64,000 bases of DNA from assembly GCA_003971905.1 (NCBI GenBank), contig RSEE01000104.1, positions 1 through 64,000 of the forward strand, in the 5' to 3' direction. The notes under the pieces were generated by a model. The model was not told the origin of the DNA. It was given only the letters and a program-made list of their open reading frames with translations, and did not search any database. Shown piece after piece: positions 22,407-34,142 of this stretch; position 1 is the first letter of the stretch; each line of letters opens with the position of its first letter. A program made the translations under genes and the position numbers. This DNA is from Moniliella sp. 'wahieum' (lineage: Eukaryota).

Positions 22407-23689
22407 GAGGAGCAAGCGTAAATGCAAGTGCAATTGCACGCACTCGAGAGCAAGACACCCCAAACCTGGCCGCACCACCACCTTCGCTCTCCTCATCGCT
22501 ATCCCTATCGCTATCCCCATCGCTGTCCTCATCACTATCGCGGACGTTCCCCCGTCCAGGTTCAGGGTCAGGGTCGGGGTCTGGTGCAGGGTCGGGATCA
22601 GGGTCAGGGTCGGGGTCAGGTGCAGGTGCAGGTGCGGGGTCGGGGTAGGCGGTGGAGCGGTCCAAGTGGAGTCCTGCGTGCCCCCCCCCCCCCCCCCTCC
22701 ACAACCACAAGCACATCCGCAAGCACAAGCACAACCACAACCATAGTCACGGCCCTCACCACGGCCGTAAGCACAGGTACAGGCACGTGCGTCGCCGCCG
22801 CGGTGCCGGTGGAGCTCGGCTCTGTGGGCACAGGCACAGCAAGGCGGGAAGGTGAGGTGCCCGTAGCGGTGGTACGGGCGGGGCTTTGTTTGATGCGGCA
22901 GGCGGTGCAGGTGCAGATGGTGCTTACTACGGCGCAGAGGTGTGAGAGATGTGGAATGAACACCCAGTGGCAGAATTGCAATTGGGGAATGGGGGAATGG
23001 GGGAATGGGTCAGAAGGAGAAGGAGAAGGATGTGGGGGGGGGGGGGGTACGGGGCAGGTGGTAGAGCGAGTGTAAGTAGGATGTAAGTACTCGTACGTTG
23101 GATACGACTACCGCGACGTGTTCTGATAACCCAGAATTGACAACCGACAAGGGAAGAACGACCAGAACGACAAGAACGCAAGCGTCGACTGATGGAAGGA
23201 TGAAAGGGACACGACCCCTGCAGCAACCCATACCCCATATCCCTCCCGCGCCCGATCCTAACCGGTAACGGTAACCAGTAAGCCCTCTTCCCTCGCCGTA
23301 TCCAAGCGAAGAGGGATCATCTCTTTCGTTGGGTTTCTTTCCCCCCATGGATGGCGTAAAGATCACGGCTGATCAACGTTCAATGGTCCACACCTACTAC
23401 TATATTGCGCGAGATTACCACTATCGTACCACCACTTCCACTTTCACCACCGTCCACGGTCCACCGCCCATGGTCCACCGCCATCTGGCACCCTATCCTT
23501 GGGGCTTGGGGTTTGCGTCAGCGCCCCTTGGGCAATCATTAATCTGGCATCACAACCAAACACCGAACCGAACAAACCAAACCAAAAACGAAAGCAAAGC
23601 AAGCAGCTGTAGCCCACCGCAAGACTGAGCTCAGTCGACAGGACTATGCGAGGGACTCGGCACGACTGGCCAATGCCAAGCACGGAAAA

Positions 23690-23790
23690 CCAAGGCAAAG
23701 CAAGGCAAAGCAAGGCAAAGCAAGGCAAACCACGGCAAGGAAAAACAAGGCAAAGCAAAACAAGGCAGGCAAACCAAGGCAAGGCAAAAG
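23690..23790. repeat. (AAGGC/AAAGC)n microsatellite
   Basis: Read directly. Confidence 0.85.
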
Positions 23791-24512
23791 ACTGAGAACT
23801 GGCACCGTACGGTACGGTACTGTACTAGGGGTAGGGAACTGGCGGCAAATTAAGAGGAGGTATACCGCTCGTTTGGTTCGGGGCAAAGGACAATGGGTAA
23901 AGGGCAAAGGGCAAAGGGTAATGGGTAAAAGGGTAAAGGGTAAAGGGGAAAAGGGTTAAAAGCGCGGGGAGGAAATGGGGTAGGGAAAGGGGGTAGGGGA
24001 AAGGGCGCGGAGAGAAGGTACGCGTTACGAGCAAGAAAAGTAGCCAAAACGCCAAGAACAGAAAAGAAAAAGAAAGAAAAGAAAAGAGTCCCAAAGGGGG
24101 GGGGGGGGGGGGGCGGGGCGGGGGAAGGGTGTGTGGGCGCACCCCAAACACGCAGACAGTGCACCACACCACACACGACCGTACGTCCCGCCACTTCCAC
24201 TTCCACTTCCACTTCCACCACCGCGCCGCGCCGCACGCCAACCAATAACATAGCCCGGCACAAAAGCCAACACGGCAAGAAAGGAAAGAAAAGAAGGAAA
24301 GAAAAGGCACATTAAGGTTAGGGTAGTATGGGTAGTCAAGGTACCGGGGTAGTAAAACTGGGTAGTAGGATAAGGGTAGGATAAGGGTAGTAGCAGGGGG
24401 GGGGGGGGGGGGGGGCGGTGAAACGGATTCCAAACAAAAAGGAGAGGAGAGGAGGGCCAACGAGAGGAACCGAGGAAAAGAACCGAGCAACCGAGGGGAA
24501 GAGGAGAAAAAG

Positions 24513-24752
24513 AAAAGCAAAGCAAAGCAAAGCAAAGCAAAGCAAAGCAAAGCAAGCAAAGCAAAGCAAAGCAAAGCAAGCAAAGCAAGCAAAGCAAGCA
24601 AAGCAAAGCAAAGCAAAGCAAGCAAAGCAAAGCAAGCAAAGCAAAGCAAAGCAAAGCAAAGCAAAGCAAAGCAAAGCAAGCAAGCAAAGCAAAGCAAAGC
24701 AGCAAAGCAAAGCAAGCAAGCAAAGCAAAGCAAAGCAAAGCAAGCAAGCAAA
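24513..24752. repeat. (AAAGC/AAGC)n microsatellite, about 240 bp
   Basis: Read directly. It accounts for the LLCFA-repeat ORFs. Confidence 0.95.
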
Positions 24753-24981
24753 AGAGGAGAAGGACGAGGGGGGAGGCCAGGTCGGCTCGTCTCTTGCAAC
24801 CAATCTAGTTGGATAGTCATCGTACAGTTTTGGGTTGAGTAGGGTAGGGCTTGGCTTTAAGTTGAAGAGGTACCCTTACCACCATCAGCTTCGCCTGACC
24901 CCCTGCCTCTCCGCGGCCGGCGCGGGAACGACAAGAGTCCAACGAATCACGACAAGACACCACACCACAACCCACCCTAGC

Positions 24982-27917
24982 TCACCGCACGACACGCGTG
25001 CCCGCGCACCGACCCACCGCCCACGCGTCATCCGCCATCCCAGCGCTTAGGTCGCACGTACTGTGCGTCGATACCGCCCTGCCCGGTCTAGGGGCGGGTA
25101 GGCGTGGTGGAAGGGAGGGGATCAGCAAACGGATCGATCTCCAGTTCCAGGTCGTCGTGGTCAGCACCAGCATGCGGACCAGGAGCCGGATGAGACGCTT
25201 GTGTTGTACGCATCACGAATCCGCTGGGACTCCGTGACAGACTCGGAACCCGATAGGGCCGTCAAAGCTGTCTGGCCGGACCAGGCAGGCGAAGCGGGGA
25301 TAGCAGCCAAGCCTGGTGCACGAGGCAGAGTCCATGTCCCATCTGCTTCTTCGCCCCAATTGGATCCCATACCGGTCCCCACGGACCCAACCGATCGACC
25401 CGCCAATCGACGCACGCTGCGACCGCACAGATTGCCGCGCCGTCACGATCGCCGCGGTGTGCTCGGCGAAGGGGTTGCCGCTCGACGTACTGTTGGGCGA
25501 ATCGGACGCTGGGTGGCCATGCGCTTGCGCTTGTCCAGCTCCGTATGGATCGTGGGTGGGATGTTCGTCTTCATCTTCCGCGTTAGGGTCCCAGGTTTCG
25601 CGTAGGCTCATCCCTGTGCCCATACCCATACCCGTGCCCATTCCCATTCCCGTGCCCATGCCGGTGCCCATGGAGCGCACGGTAGGTTTGCGCTGCATGA
25701 CGCTCGTGCCCATACCGGTTCATCTTTTTCGCGCGTCTGCTGTGCGAGGCTAGCTTGGCGATCGCGTTTGCGCCGGTACAGTAGGGCAGCTACCACGCCC
25801 GCCGAGAGGAGTGCGACGAGCGGATGAATGTCCCAAGTAAAGCTGTGCGGGTGGTATGGTTGGTACCGTTGTGCGATTGGGCATTGAGTTGTGCGCTCTT
25901 GCTTGTTCCCCCACCCGAGGAGAGCACGTTAAATCCCACCGTGAGAAGCGAGGCGAGTTGCGTGTTGATCCCTGGTGTTTGGGCTGTGAACAATGCCGAA
26001 TTAGCTTGGTTGACATTGTTTTGTAGTGTGCCCACGAGCCGAGTGGGGATGTAGGCCTCATACGTCGTTTGCGCATGCGCATTCGTCCCGTCCTCCACTT
26101 GCCCGGGGGCATGGTACGCGTTCAACCCCACCGTCACAACTTGCTCTGGCGACACGTTCAGACCAACCGATACACCGTCGGCATGAAACTAAAGCTGCGC
26201 AGGTAACTCGCCTGCTGTCGCACCAGCCACATCCGACCACAGTACACGCCCCGTAAACAGAAGCGAGATACTCGTCGTGTTCTCTGGCTGCGCTGGCGCT
26301 CCATTCATAGGCGCAATCGATTCGGGTAACACGACCGTCGCACCAGTCGGCGTAGCACTCGCAACGCTCCCTGTAGCTAAGGTGTTGCTCCCCCCATTGG
26401 CATTCCCAGTACCGCTGCCGCTCCCGCTGCTGGGACTGCTGCTGCTGCTGCTTCCGCCCGGGAGGAGAAGCGAACGCGTAGGCGCATACGTGTACCAGTT
26501 AGTGTACGACGCGCTGCTCGACCCAGCGCCCGAGCCTGAGCTTGAGCTTGAACTTGAGCTGGCACTGGCACTGGAAGGGGCCGAACTGGCGTGCCCGTGC
26601 CACTGGGTATGCGACGAACTTGACCCCGTCCCGTTCGACCCGTACCAGAGGAAGAAGAAGAAGAAGAGAGAAGAGGAAGAGGAAGGGGAGGACGAAGCAC
26701 TGGAGATACCCGAGCTCAAGCTTGAAACGGAAGAAGAAAGAGATGCAGGTCCGGTCGCATTGGCTGAGCTACTGGCGCTCAACGACGACGCGAGCGTAGA
26801 CGAGCCGAGGTACGACGTCGCACCCGACGCGCTGGAGGAAGAGCCAAACGCTGAACTGCCATTCGCCGAACTCGCGCCCGAGCTCACACCGGAACTCACA
26901 CCCGAGCTCAAGCTGCCGCTGGCACTGGAAGAGCGAGTGTAGGAGTGCGAGCGCGAGTGTGAGTGCGAGGAAGTCCACGAGCCGCTGGACGAGGAAGCAC
27001 CACTAGAGACGGAGGAACTGCTGGGCGTAGGGATGGGAAGCCAACTGAGCCAATCTGAGCTGGACGCTGAGCTGGCCGAACTGGACCCCGAGCTGAGCGC
27101 AGAGGAGTGGTGGTGGTGCGGGTGGGAACTGGTACTGCCACTGCCACTACCACTGCCACTGCCACTGGAGCTAGGGCTGGGGCTGGAACTGGCGTTCGAG
27201 TCGGAGGGCGAGGCGGTGGAGCTGCGAGAAGTAGAGGTGGAGGTGGAGGAGGAGGAGGAGCCAAGGATGGACGTGAGGCAGTCCAGGCCGACGCAGGCGC
27301 TGGAACTGGCGCTCGGACTCGAAGAGTGGGAGCGGGAGTGGGAGCTGGCGTGGGACGCTTGGGATGCCGAAGAGCTGGGCGAGGAGGGGGAGGAAGAGTG
27401 GGAGTGGGAATGGGATGAGCTGGGGTTGGAGGAGCTGGAGCTGGAGCTGGAGCTGGAGCTGGAGGACGACTGGAATGGATCCCACCAGGGGGTGCTGTCC
27501 GCGGCGAGGAAGAGGAGGAAGAGGAAGAGGAAGAGGAGGAAGAGGAAGAGGGGGTCTTGCTTGCACTCTTGCTCTTGCTGCTGCTCTTGCTCTTGCTGCT
27601 GTGCTTGCTCTTGTGGTGGGTACTGCTGCTCTTGTGGTGGTGGCTGCTGCTGCTGCTCTTGTGGCGGTGGTGGCTGCTGCTGCTGGACTGGCCCCACGGA
27701 AGCTGGTCCCACCAGGGCGTGGAGGAGGCCGAGTCGGAGGCGGAGGCCGAGTCGGAGCCTAGCAGGTCCGAGGCCAGGCGAAGGGCTGGCGGGGACGGTG
27801 GGCATGCTGGGCGTGGCGCGGGGAGCGTGGGCGGTGCTGAGCGTGTGCGTGTGCGTGGGTGGTGCCGAGGAGGGCGAGGAGGGCGAGGAGGAGGAGGGGC
27901 AGGGCAGGCAGGCGCAT
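24982..27917 (-). CDS. MSB2: Msb2-like signalling mucin: signal peptide, Ser-rich ectodomain, HMH-like domain, one TM helix, cytoplasmic tail (3' end approximate)
   Basis: Signal MRLPALPLLLLALLALLGTTHAHA; long Ser tracts; LPESIAPMNGAPAQPENTTSISLLF; VSPEQVVTVGLNAY...YEAYIPT...LQNNVNQANSALFT; TM ending VAALLYRRKR. Confidence 0.8.
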
Positions 27918-28747
27918 CGAAACGAGTGTGGCGGCGCAGGCAAACGAGGGTGGGACGAAGCGCAGCCGCCGGCCAGCGAGCGAGACGAGAGGGGGGGGGG
28001 GGGGCGGAGGGAGAGGAGAGGAGAGGGAGAAAGAAAGAAAGACAGGAAGCACACACCACACACAGACGAGCGTCTGCTTCCCTGCGGAGTGCTCCCCAGC
28101 CCAGCCATAGCCAGCCCACCCGCGTCGAACGTCTCTGCGCTCCCTCTGGGCCGGCTACTACTTACTCCCTACTATGGGTTGCGCCCAAGCGAGACTATAC
28201 TCCCAGCTCCGCTACGCCCCCCGCACGGGACCAGTGTCGGACGCCACTGGGGGGCGGGGCCAGTGTGGCGCCACGCCCCCCGCCGCGCCGCCGATCACCG
28301 CCGCCGCGGGCCCCTGTGCGCTGCTGTCGCGCCGCCCCGCCGCGGCCCACTGCGCCACCCGCCTCCCGCGCCAGGAACACACCCAACCCTACTGCCCTGC
28401 GCCCAGCATGTGATCATGGCACAGGCATGTCACATGTCACATGCCGCATGTCACATGTCACACCCTCGCATTGTCACATGTCACACTCCCCCGCCGCACG
28501 CCACTGGTGGCGGCTGGCTCTCTCTCTCTCGCGCGGCGGTTTCTCCTGCTGGACGCTCCCTCGCTCCATCGCACAGTCCATCCCATCCCATCTCCGCTGA
28601 GGCACGGACGACCGTCCGCTCTCCCTAATAATAGAGCGCACCCTCACATTCAATTCACTTCCACCGCCAACGCAATTATCAAGTCTACGTGTCTGAGCGA
28701 CAACAGTGAATCAAGAACCCAGTTTCGTGGTTCCCCCCCGTTTCCAT

Positions 28748-29387
28748 TGTCCTGGTGTCGCTAGTCGCCCTGTGCCCGTTGATCTGACGTCTCTGCGGTG
28801 CGCTTTTTGTGGCAACCCCGAGCGACAGTAGTCGCCCCATGCCAGTGTTTACCTTACTTACCAATTTCTAGCTTGTCCGTGCGGCAGCCGTCTCTGCTGT
28901 TTTCCCTTCAATGTTCTTCCTTCTTCCTCTGTTCAATGCCTTGTTTCCCTTTTCGTCCCTGTCTGGTAGCAATCGTTCGTGGCTTTCCCCCGGTCCATTG
29001 GCGTCTCCCCCCCTACTCTATCTAGTACAGACAACTCCTCCTCTTAGTTGCTCCTCCAGCCCCGTCGTCAGCTCTCAGCTGCCGCCCCAGTCTCAGTCGG
29101 CTGTCCCAGCCCAACCTCGGTCCAGCAGCGTACGTCCTCCGCTGCCTCCACCCCTCCCTCAGCCCAAATGCTTCAGACACACTACTGCCGCCCAAGCCAG
29201 TGCTACGCAGCCTTTCCACACCTGCAGCCGCCTCTGCTATACGCCGAGAGGCCTCTCCTTGTCCCTCGCTCTCGGAACCACCAACCAGCACAAGCGCGTA
29301 ACTACCGTGAGTCGACCTTAGGACCTCCAAGGGATTGTACCCCTTAACCCCCCAGGGCGGGCCCCCTGGCAGCGCCCGTCCGTGACA
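28748..29387 (-). mobile_element. Solo-LTR-like relic (left edge uncertain, 28748-28808)
   Basis: The right end is ...cgtgaca. It is homologous to 33435-34142 (gtgctacgcagcctt, ccgcctctgctatacg, tgagtcgaccttaggacct) and shares 17 bp (gtagcaatcgttcgtgg) with the LTR at 7303-7319. Confidence 0.65.
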
Positions 29388-32300
29388 GCACCCAGGTGGA
29401 GGAGCACGCGCCATACTAAGACAGCAGCCAGTCGTCCATCCCGGTCTCCCCTACGTGATCCTCTGGGTGTCCCACGCGAGCCAAGCTTCCCTGCTACGGA
29501 CTGCAGAACCGTGTTCTTGCCACGGGGAATAGGATGCAACGTGAACCTACGTTGCATGCCAGAGTGCTGGTCTCTGGGACAGCGTTGACGATGGCAAAGG
29601 GGGCTCAAGGGAACGGTGGACTGGTGGACAAGGCGGGCGGGGGGAGGAAAGATGGCCCTGCAGCACCTCAACGTTCACCAATGACCAGTGGTCCCATAAA
29701 ATCCACTGGTCAGACTGCACTATAGGCCGACATTCTGGCTCGCTAGCGACCCAAAGGAAGGAAGAGAGCAAGCCGTCGCGCCCTTTCATTCAGCCCCTCG
29801 ATTCCGTCCTGACGCACCCAATGCCACTACCAAGTCAATCATCAGATTTCATTGCAGTTGGTATCCGTACAGTGAAGTGGCAGGACAACCTTGCGCGTGG
29901 AGCTCACTGTCCCTCGCAGCGAAACGCAAGTGATGGGGGGCGAAACCCAACCAGGCCAATCCCTACCGTAGCGATCACAACACTCCGTCTCCGTCCCCCC
30001 CGGTTACAGGCGGCGATTTCTGCGCTGATTATTGTTCGTCAGTGGTGGCAGGGGTGGCGGGGGAGCGTTTGGTCAAGCAGCTTGGTCAACTGTGCGCTGG
30101 CAAGAACGATGAGGTCCATGGTGCTCCACCAGGTGGGTCGTGCATTTTGATCAACGTCCCTTCAGTCCCTACTTCCGACTAAGTGCTCAGGCCTCTCTCA
30201 GACCTAAGTACTATGCATATGAGTTGCGTTGCTTTTTCTCCCTCGGGTTTCCGTGTTGCGCAGTATTAGCCGACTAGGTGCTTGTTGTTCTTCAGACGGC
30301 GTTGGTGGGTGACTCAGACCCGCACCGCACCACCATCACCAATGCGATTGCACCTATCACCCTCGCGGACCGACAGGACTGCAGGACTGCAGGTCCAATC
30401 AGTCCGAGTTCCACCTCTTCCTTCATCCAGTGAGCAAAAAAGGGGGTGATCACCCCCCGCCCCCTCCTCATCTCCATCCCATCCTTTCATTCCGCGTCTT
30501 TCGTCTGTCCACGATGCGCCCCAACCCCACTCCCAACCCCCAAACCCTACTACGCCTAGCATCCGGAACCTGGGCTGGGTCGACAAACATAGTTCCGTCT
30601 CCTTTTTCCCCCAGAAGAGGGAAGGACCTTCCAACGCGCTTCTCACCGGCCCACGGAATAGCTCCACCAGGTCTACCGCCTTGACCAGGTTCTTGAGCGA
30701 CAGACGCTATGGCGACCACCAAGGCGACAGCCACACATGCGTCCGGTCTGTTTGATTTTCATACCAATCTACGCACACGAGATTTCAACCCGACGTGTTG
30801 GGCCCCGACGACCGGTCGAGTCACCGGTGCTTCACATGGCCATGATCCCCTTATATGGGTCCTCCAGAGGCGACAATGGCATAACCTCCTGCTCCTCCGA
30901 CTGTTGATACGTGCATGTGCAAGCTACCAATATAAGGTCAGTCGAGGCTTATCCGTCTATGGAACTGTGGACAACGTCTCATATGGACTGCCGTCGCAGA
31001 GAGATCCAGTGCTGAGACGTGGACATCCCAACGGCTATACTATTGCGGTTGTACGCCAAGGTGCTCCCACTACGACCTATATATCCTATGATCCAGTTGT
31101 ATAGCCACCACACTCACCCCCACAGTCGCGGACGTGCAACAGGCACGCGATGACCTTCATTTTTGGATCGATAACAGTCTCCTTTGGAGCCAGATCATGC
31201 ATCATGCCGCCCGGGTGGTTGGTGCGGACCCGTGTGTCCAGGACTATACGGCACGCATTGCAGGAGCGAACTCGTACCGACGGAACGGATTTAAAGATTT
31301 TGCCCTGTTTTGTCCAAACTTACCAACCCCCTAGGTACCTTCACGCTGTAGACGCGGTTATATTAAACCACGACAGCCTTTTCGGCCATGGGATGACTAC
31401 AACGTACCTGCCCGAGATCTGCCTGTCAAGCTTCGAGCGATTTCGTGCACGTTGGATTGGGATCTGCCGGAACACAGTACAAATCTGGTCAAGACCGCCC
31501 GTCGATCCGTACATGTGAATCTGTGACGCCACACTGGTGTAGTGGCGCCGGTAGCCCAAGTCCGGAACCTTCTGGTTTGTTCCGTGCAAAATATTCCTTC
31601 CTGGCCGGCAGGAATATTCTCTAGCCTCTGTAGCTCATGCAGTGCAATGCAATACATTACCAACTGCCTGTCCTCTGGTCTTCTACAGAATCACTTAGTC
31701 ATACAATGCTGACATACCCACTCTCGTGCTTCCTCACATCTTCGCCTTTCTCCGCCTGCGATACGGCGACGTCACCACCCCAAAGGACAAGATCTCTACG
31801 CTCTCGTCGCTGGTTGACTTGGCCGTTGGGTCGCGGACAGGAACGCAGTGTGGTTAGCAGTTTCTCCACCGCGTGAGTGCACCGCGCCAACTTGGGTTTT
31901 CACTCGCTCTATGGATATAAGATACGCTGATCCTCCATGTCGCGCTGACCGCTGCGGTGCAGAAGAGCGGGATGAGCATCTGGTAGGGTGAGAAAACGTC
32001 GTTGATGCTACGCGCGGATCATGCACCTGTTACACTCACGCGGGCTATTACACAAATATTATTACTGGCATCGTCCCTTGTGCGTACGACCTTGTTCCAC
32101 ATCTCCCCTTGACCCGTGTTTGTGTGTCTCGTTGTCTCGTCGCACGTTATTGGCCGTGCCGGTCCGATTGCTTTTCCTCTGGGATATCCAAGGCGCACCA
32201 TTCCATGCAGCCTAAAGAATGATCGAATGAATTCCCTCTACATCCAACCCAACCTTACCTTGAGACACACATCGTTTTTTCCCCCTCAGAGGGTTCATCA

Positions 32301-33434
32301 CCCGGGGGACGTGGTCTACGCCGTGGGGGGTCTCTCTCGCAACGGGCGATTTACCCCGCCACTGCAACATCTCTACTCCGGTCTCAAAGCTCACGTGTCC
32401 GGCAAACCTGCTGATGACCCCTCCTCCTCTCTCTCGCGGTTAAAATGCCAAGGGACCACACCAGCATTGAACCAGCAACATTCCGTCTCACGTTACTCTT
32501 TACGTTGCTCTTCAGTCGGTATCTTCGTCTTGGATCGGTGGAACTGGTGGTTAGCCCTTCCTTGGTCTTCATCAGCACCTCGTATATGGTACTGTCTCAT
32601 TCCTATCCCATCCGCTATTGCGGGCACTGCGAGCTCTACGCGCTGTGGTCTTCTCCGTCGCGTGAATAATACTGTTAGGAGTGCACGGGGAGTACTTCGC
32701 CCGCCACCCTCCCTGCGCAAGATGATTCGGACCCGCGCCCGTCCGTCTTCAGTGATAAGAATGCATTTCCTTCACTCCATCCATGCAGCAGATGGAGATG
32801 GGGAAAAGGATAATGATCATATTCATCGAGGGAAAAGGCGGCGGGGGATATGTATACCTCGCATCAGAAGAAGAGACCATGCCAACCGAGTCACATAATG
32901 GAGACAGAAAGGGGAGCCTAGACAAAGGAGAAACAGAGTCTAAGCGAATAGGAGGATCCGGCCAACCTGGTGCAGTGTGTATGATCAGGTGGGTCTGACC
33001 CCGACAATTCTAGTCATGCTTCTACAGTCCTTCCTTGCAGACGGCCGGGTCGTGCAAGCCAATGGCATTGGCACACTGCTTCTTTTTCTATTTCCATACT
33101 GCTGTACCCCATCACCTCCCCTGTTTGTTCAACCGCGCAACCACTTCTATTGTGATGCTTTTCCCTACAACTTGCTAAGTGCGTGACAATTCGCGACGGC
33201 CGGGCTCGAGAATTTGCTCGCCACATGGAGCCAAGGCATCTATCTGTGCCGCACGGGTGACATACCCCTCCTCCGCCTTATTACGGATGTTATCGACAAA
33301 ACGTTTCTCGAACCCCTTCTTCACTCTGTGATAACCCCTCCCAATCGTGCCCATTTCATTGAACCTGTCACGGGCGGAGACTGGCGGGCAAGCCCGGGGT
33401 CGCCTTTCGCCCAGGTGAATTGGTAGCCACACCG

Positions 33435-34142
33435 TGTGATGGCCACCCAATTGTCAGTTTCTTCCTTTGCGACTATAGTCACCACGTGCCCGTTTCTCTT
33501 ACCCTTCTAGGTTGCCCATGCGGCAACCTAACCCCTTGTTTTTCCTTGTCCCTGTTCTACTAGTCTATTGCATTGTTTCTCTATTAGTCCCTGTTTGATA
33601 GCAAAAATGGTCATGATTATCCCCGCGGTCCATTCGCGTTTCCCCACCCTACTCACCAATTTGAAGAACCCACTGGTACAGGCAACTTTCCCTCAGTTCG
33701 ATGCTCTCCTCCTCTCACCTCGTCCTCCAGCCTCTGTCCTCGGCTCGACATCCTCAGTTAACCCAGTTCGCGGTACCATGTCGACGCCCAGCTCAGATCA
33801 GCCGCGTGCGGTCCCACTTCTAGCCTTGCCACCACTAGTCCTAGTCCAGATCCAGCTCGGGCCGTGTTGGCCCTCCACCGCTGCCCTTCTCGTTTCTACG
33901 TCACGAAGGATTTAGACGCGTTACTACTGCTCAAGCATGTGCTACGCAGCCTTGCCACACCCGATTCCGCCTCTGCTATACGTCGAGCGGCATCGTCTTG
34001 TCCCTAGCCTCGCTCAGGCCCACCAATTAGCCCAAACGCGGAAACTACCATGAGTCGACCTTAGGACCTTCAAGTGATCGTACCTTTTAACCCCCCCCCC
34101 CCCCCCCCCCAGGTGGGCCCCCGGTGGTCCTCGCTCGTCACA
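33435..34142 (-). mobile_element. Solo-LTR-like relic, diverged relative of 28748-29387
   Basis: TGTGATG...CGTCACA ends (6/7 inverted) and collinear blocks of similarity to the 28.7-29.4 kb copy. No TSD seen. Confidence 0.65.

Noticed and set aside
23825..24820. Long hydrophobic ORFs (LLCFA repeats) as membrane proteins
   Set aside because: They are translations of the (AAAGC)n microsatellite.
27033..28628. 531-aa Glu/Leu/Cys-rich + strand ORF
   Set aside because: It is the antisense shadow of the Ser-rich MSB2 ectodomain.
31134..31334. FWIDNSLLWS as a reverse-transcriptase YxDD motif
   Set aside because: The catalytic DD is absent and no other RT motifs are nearby.
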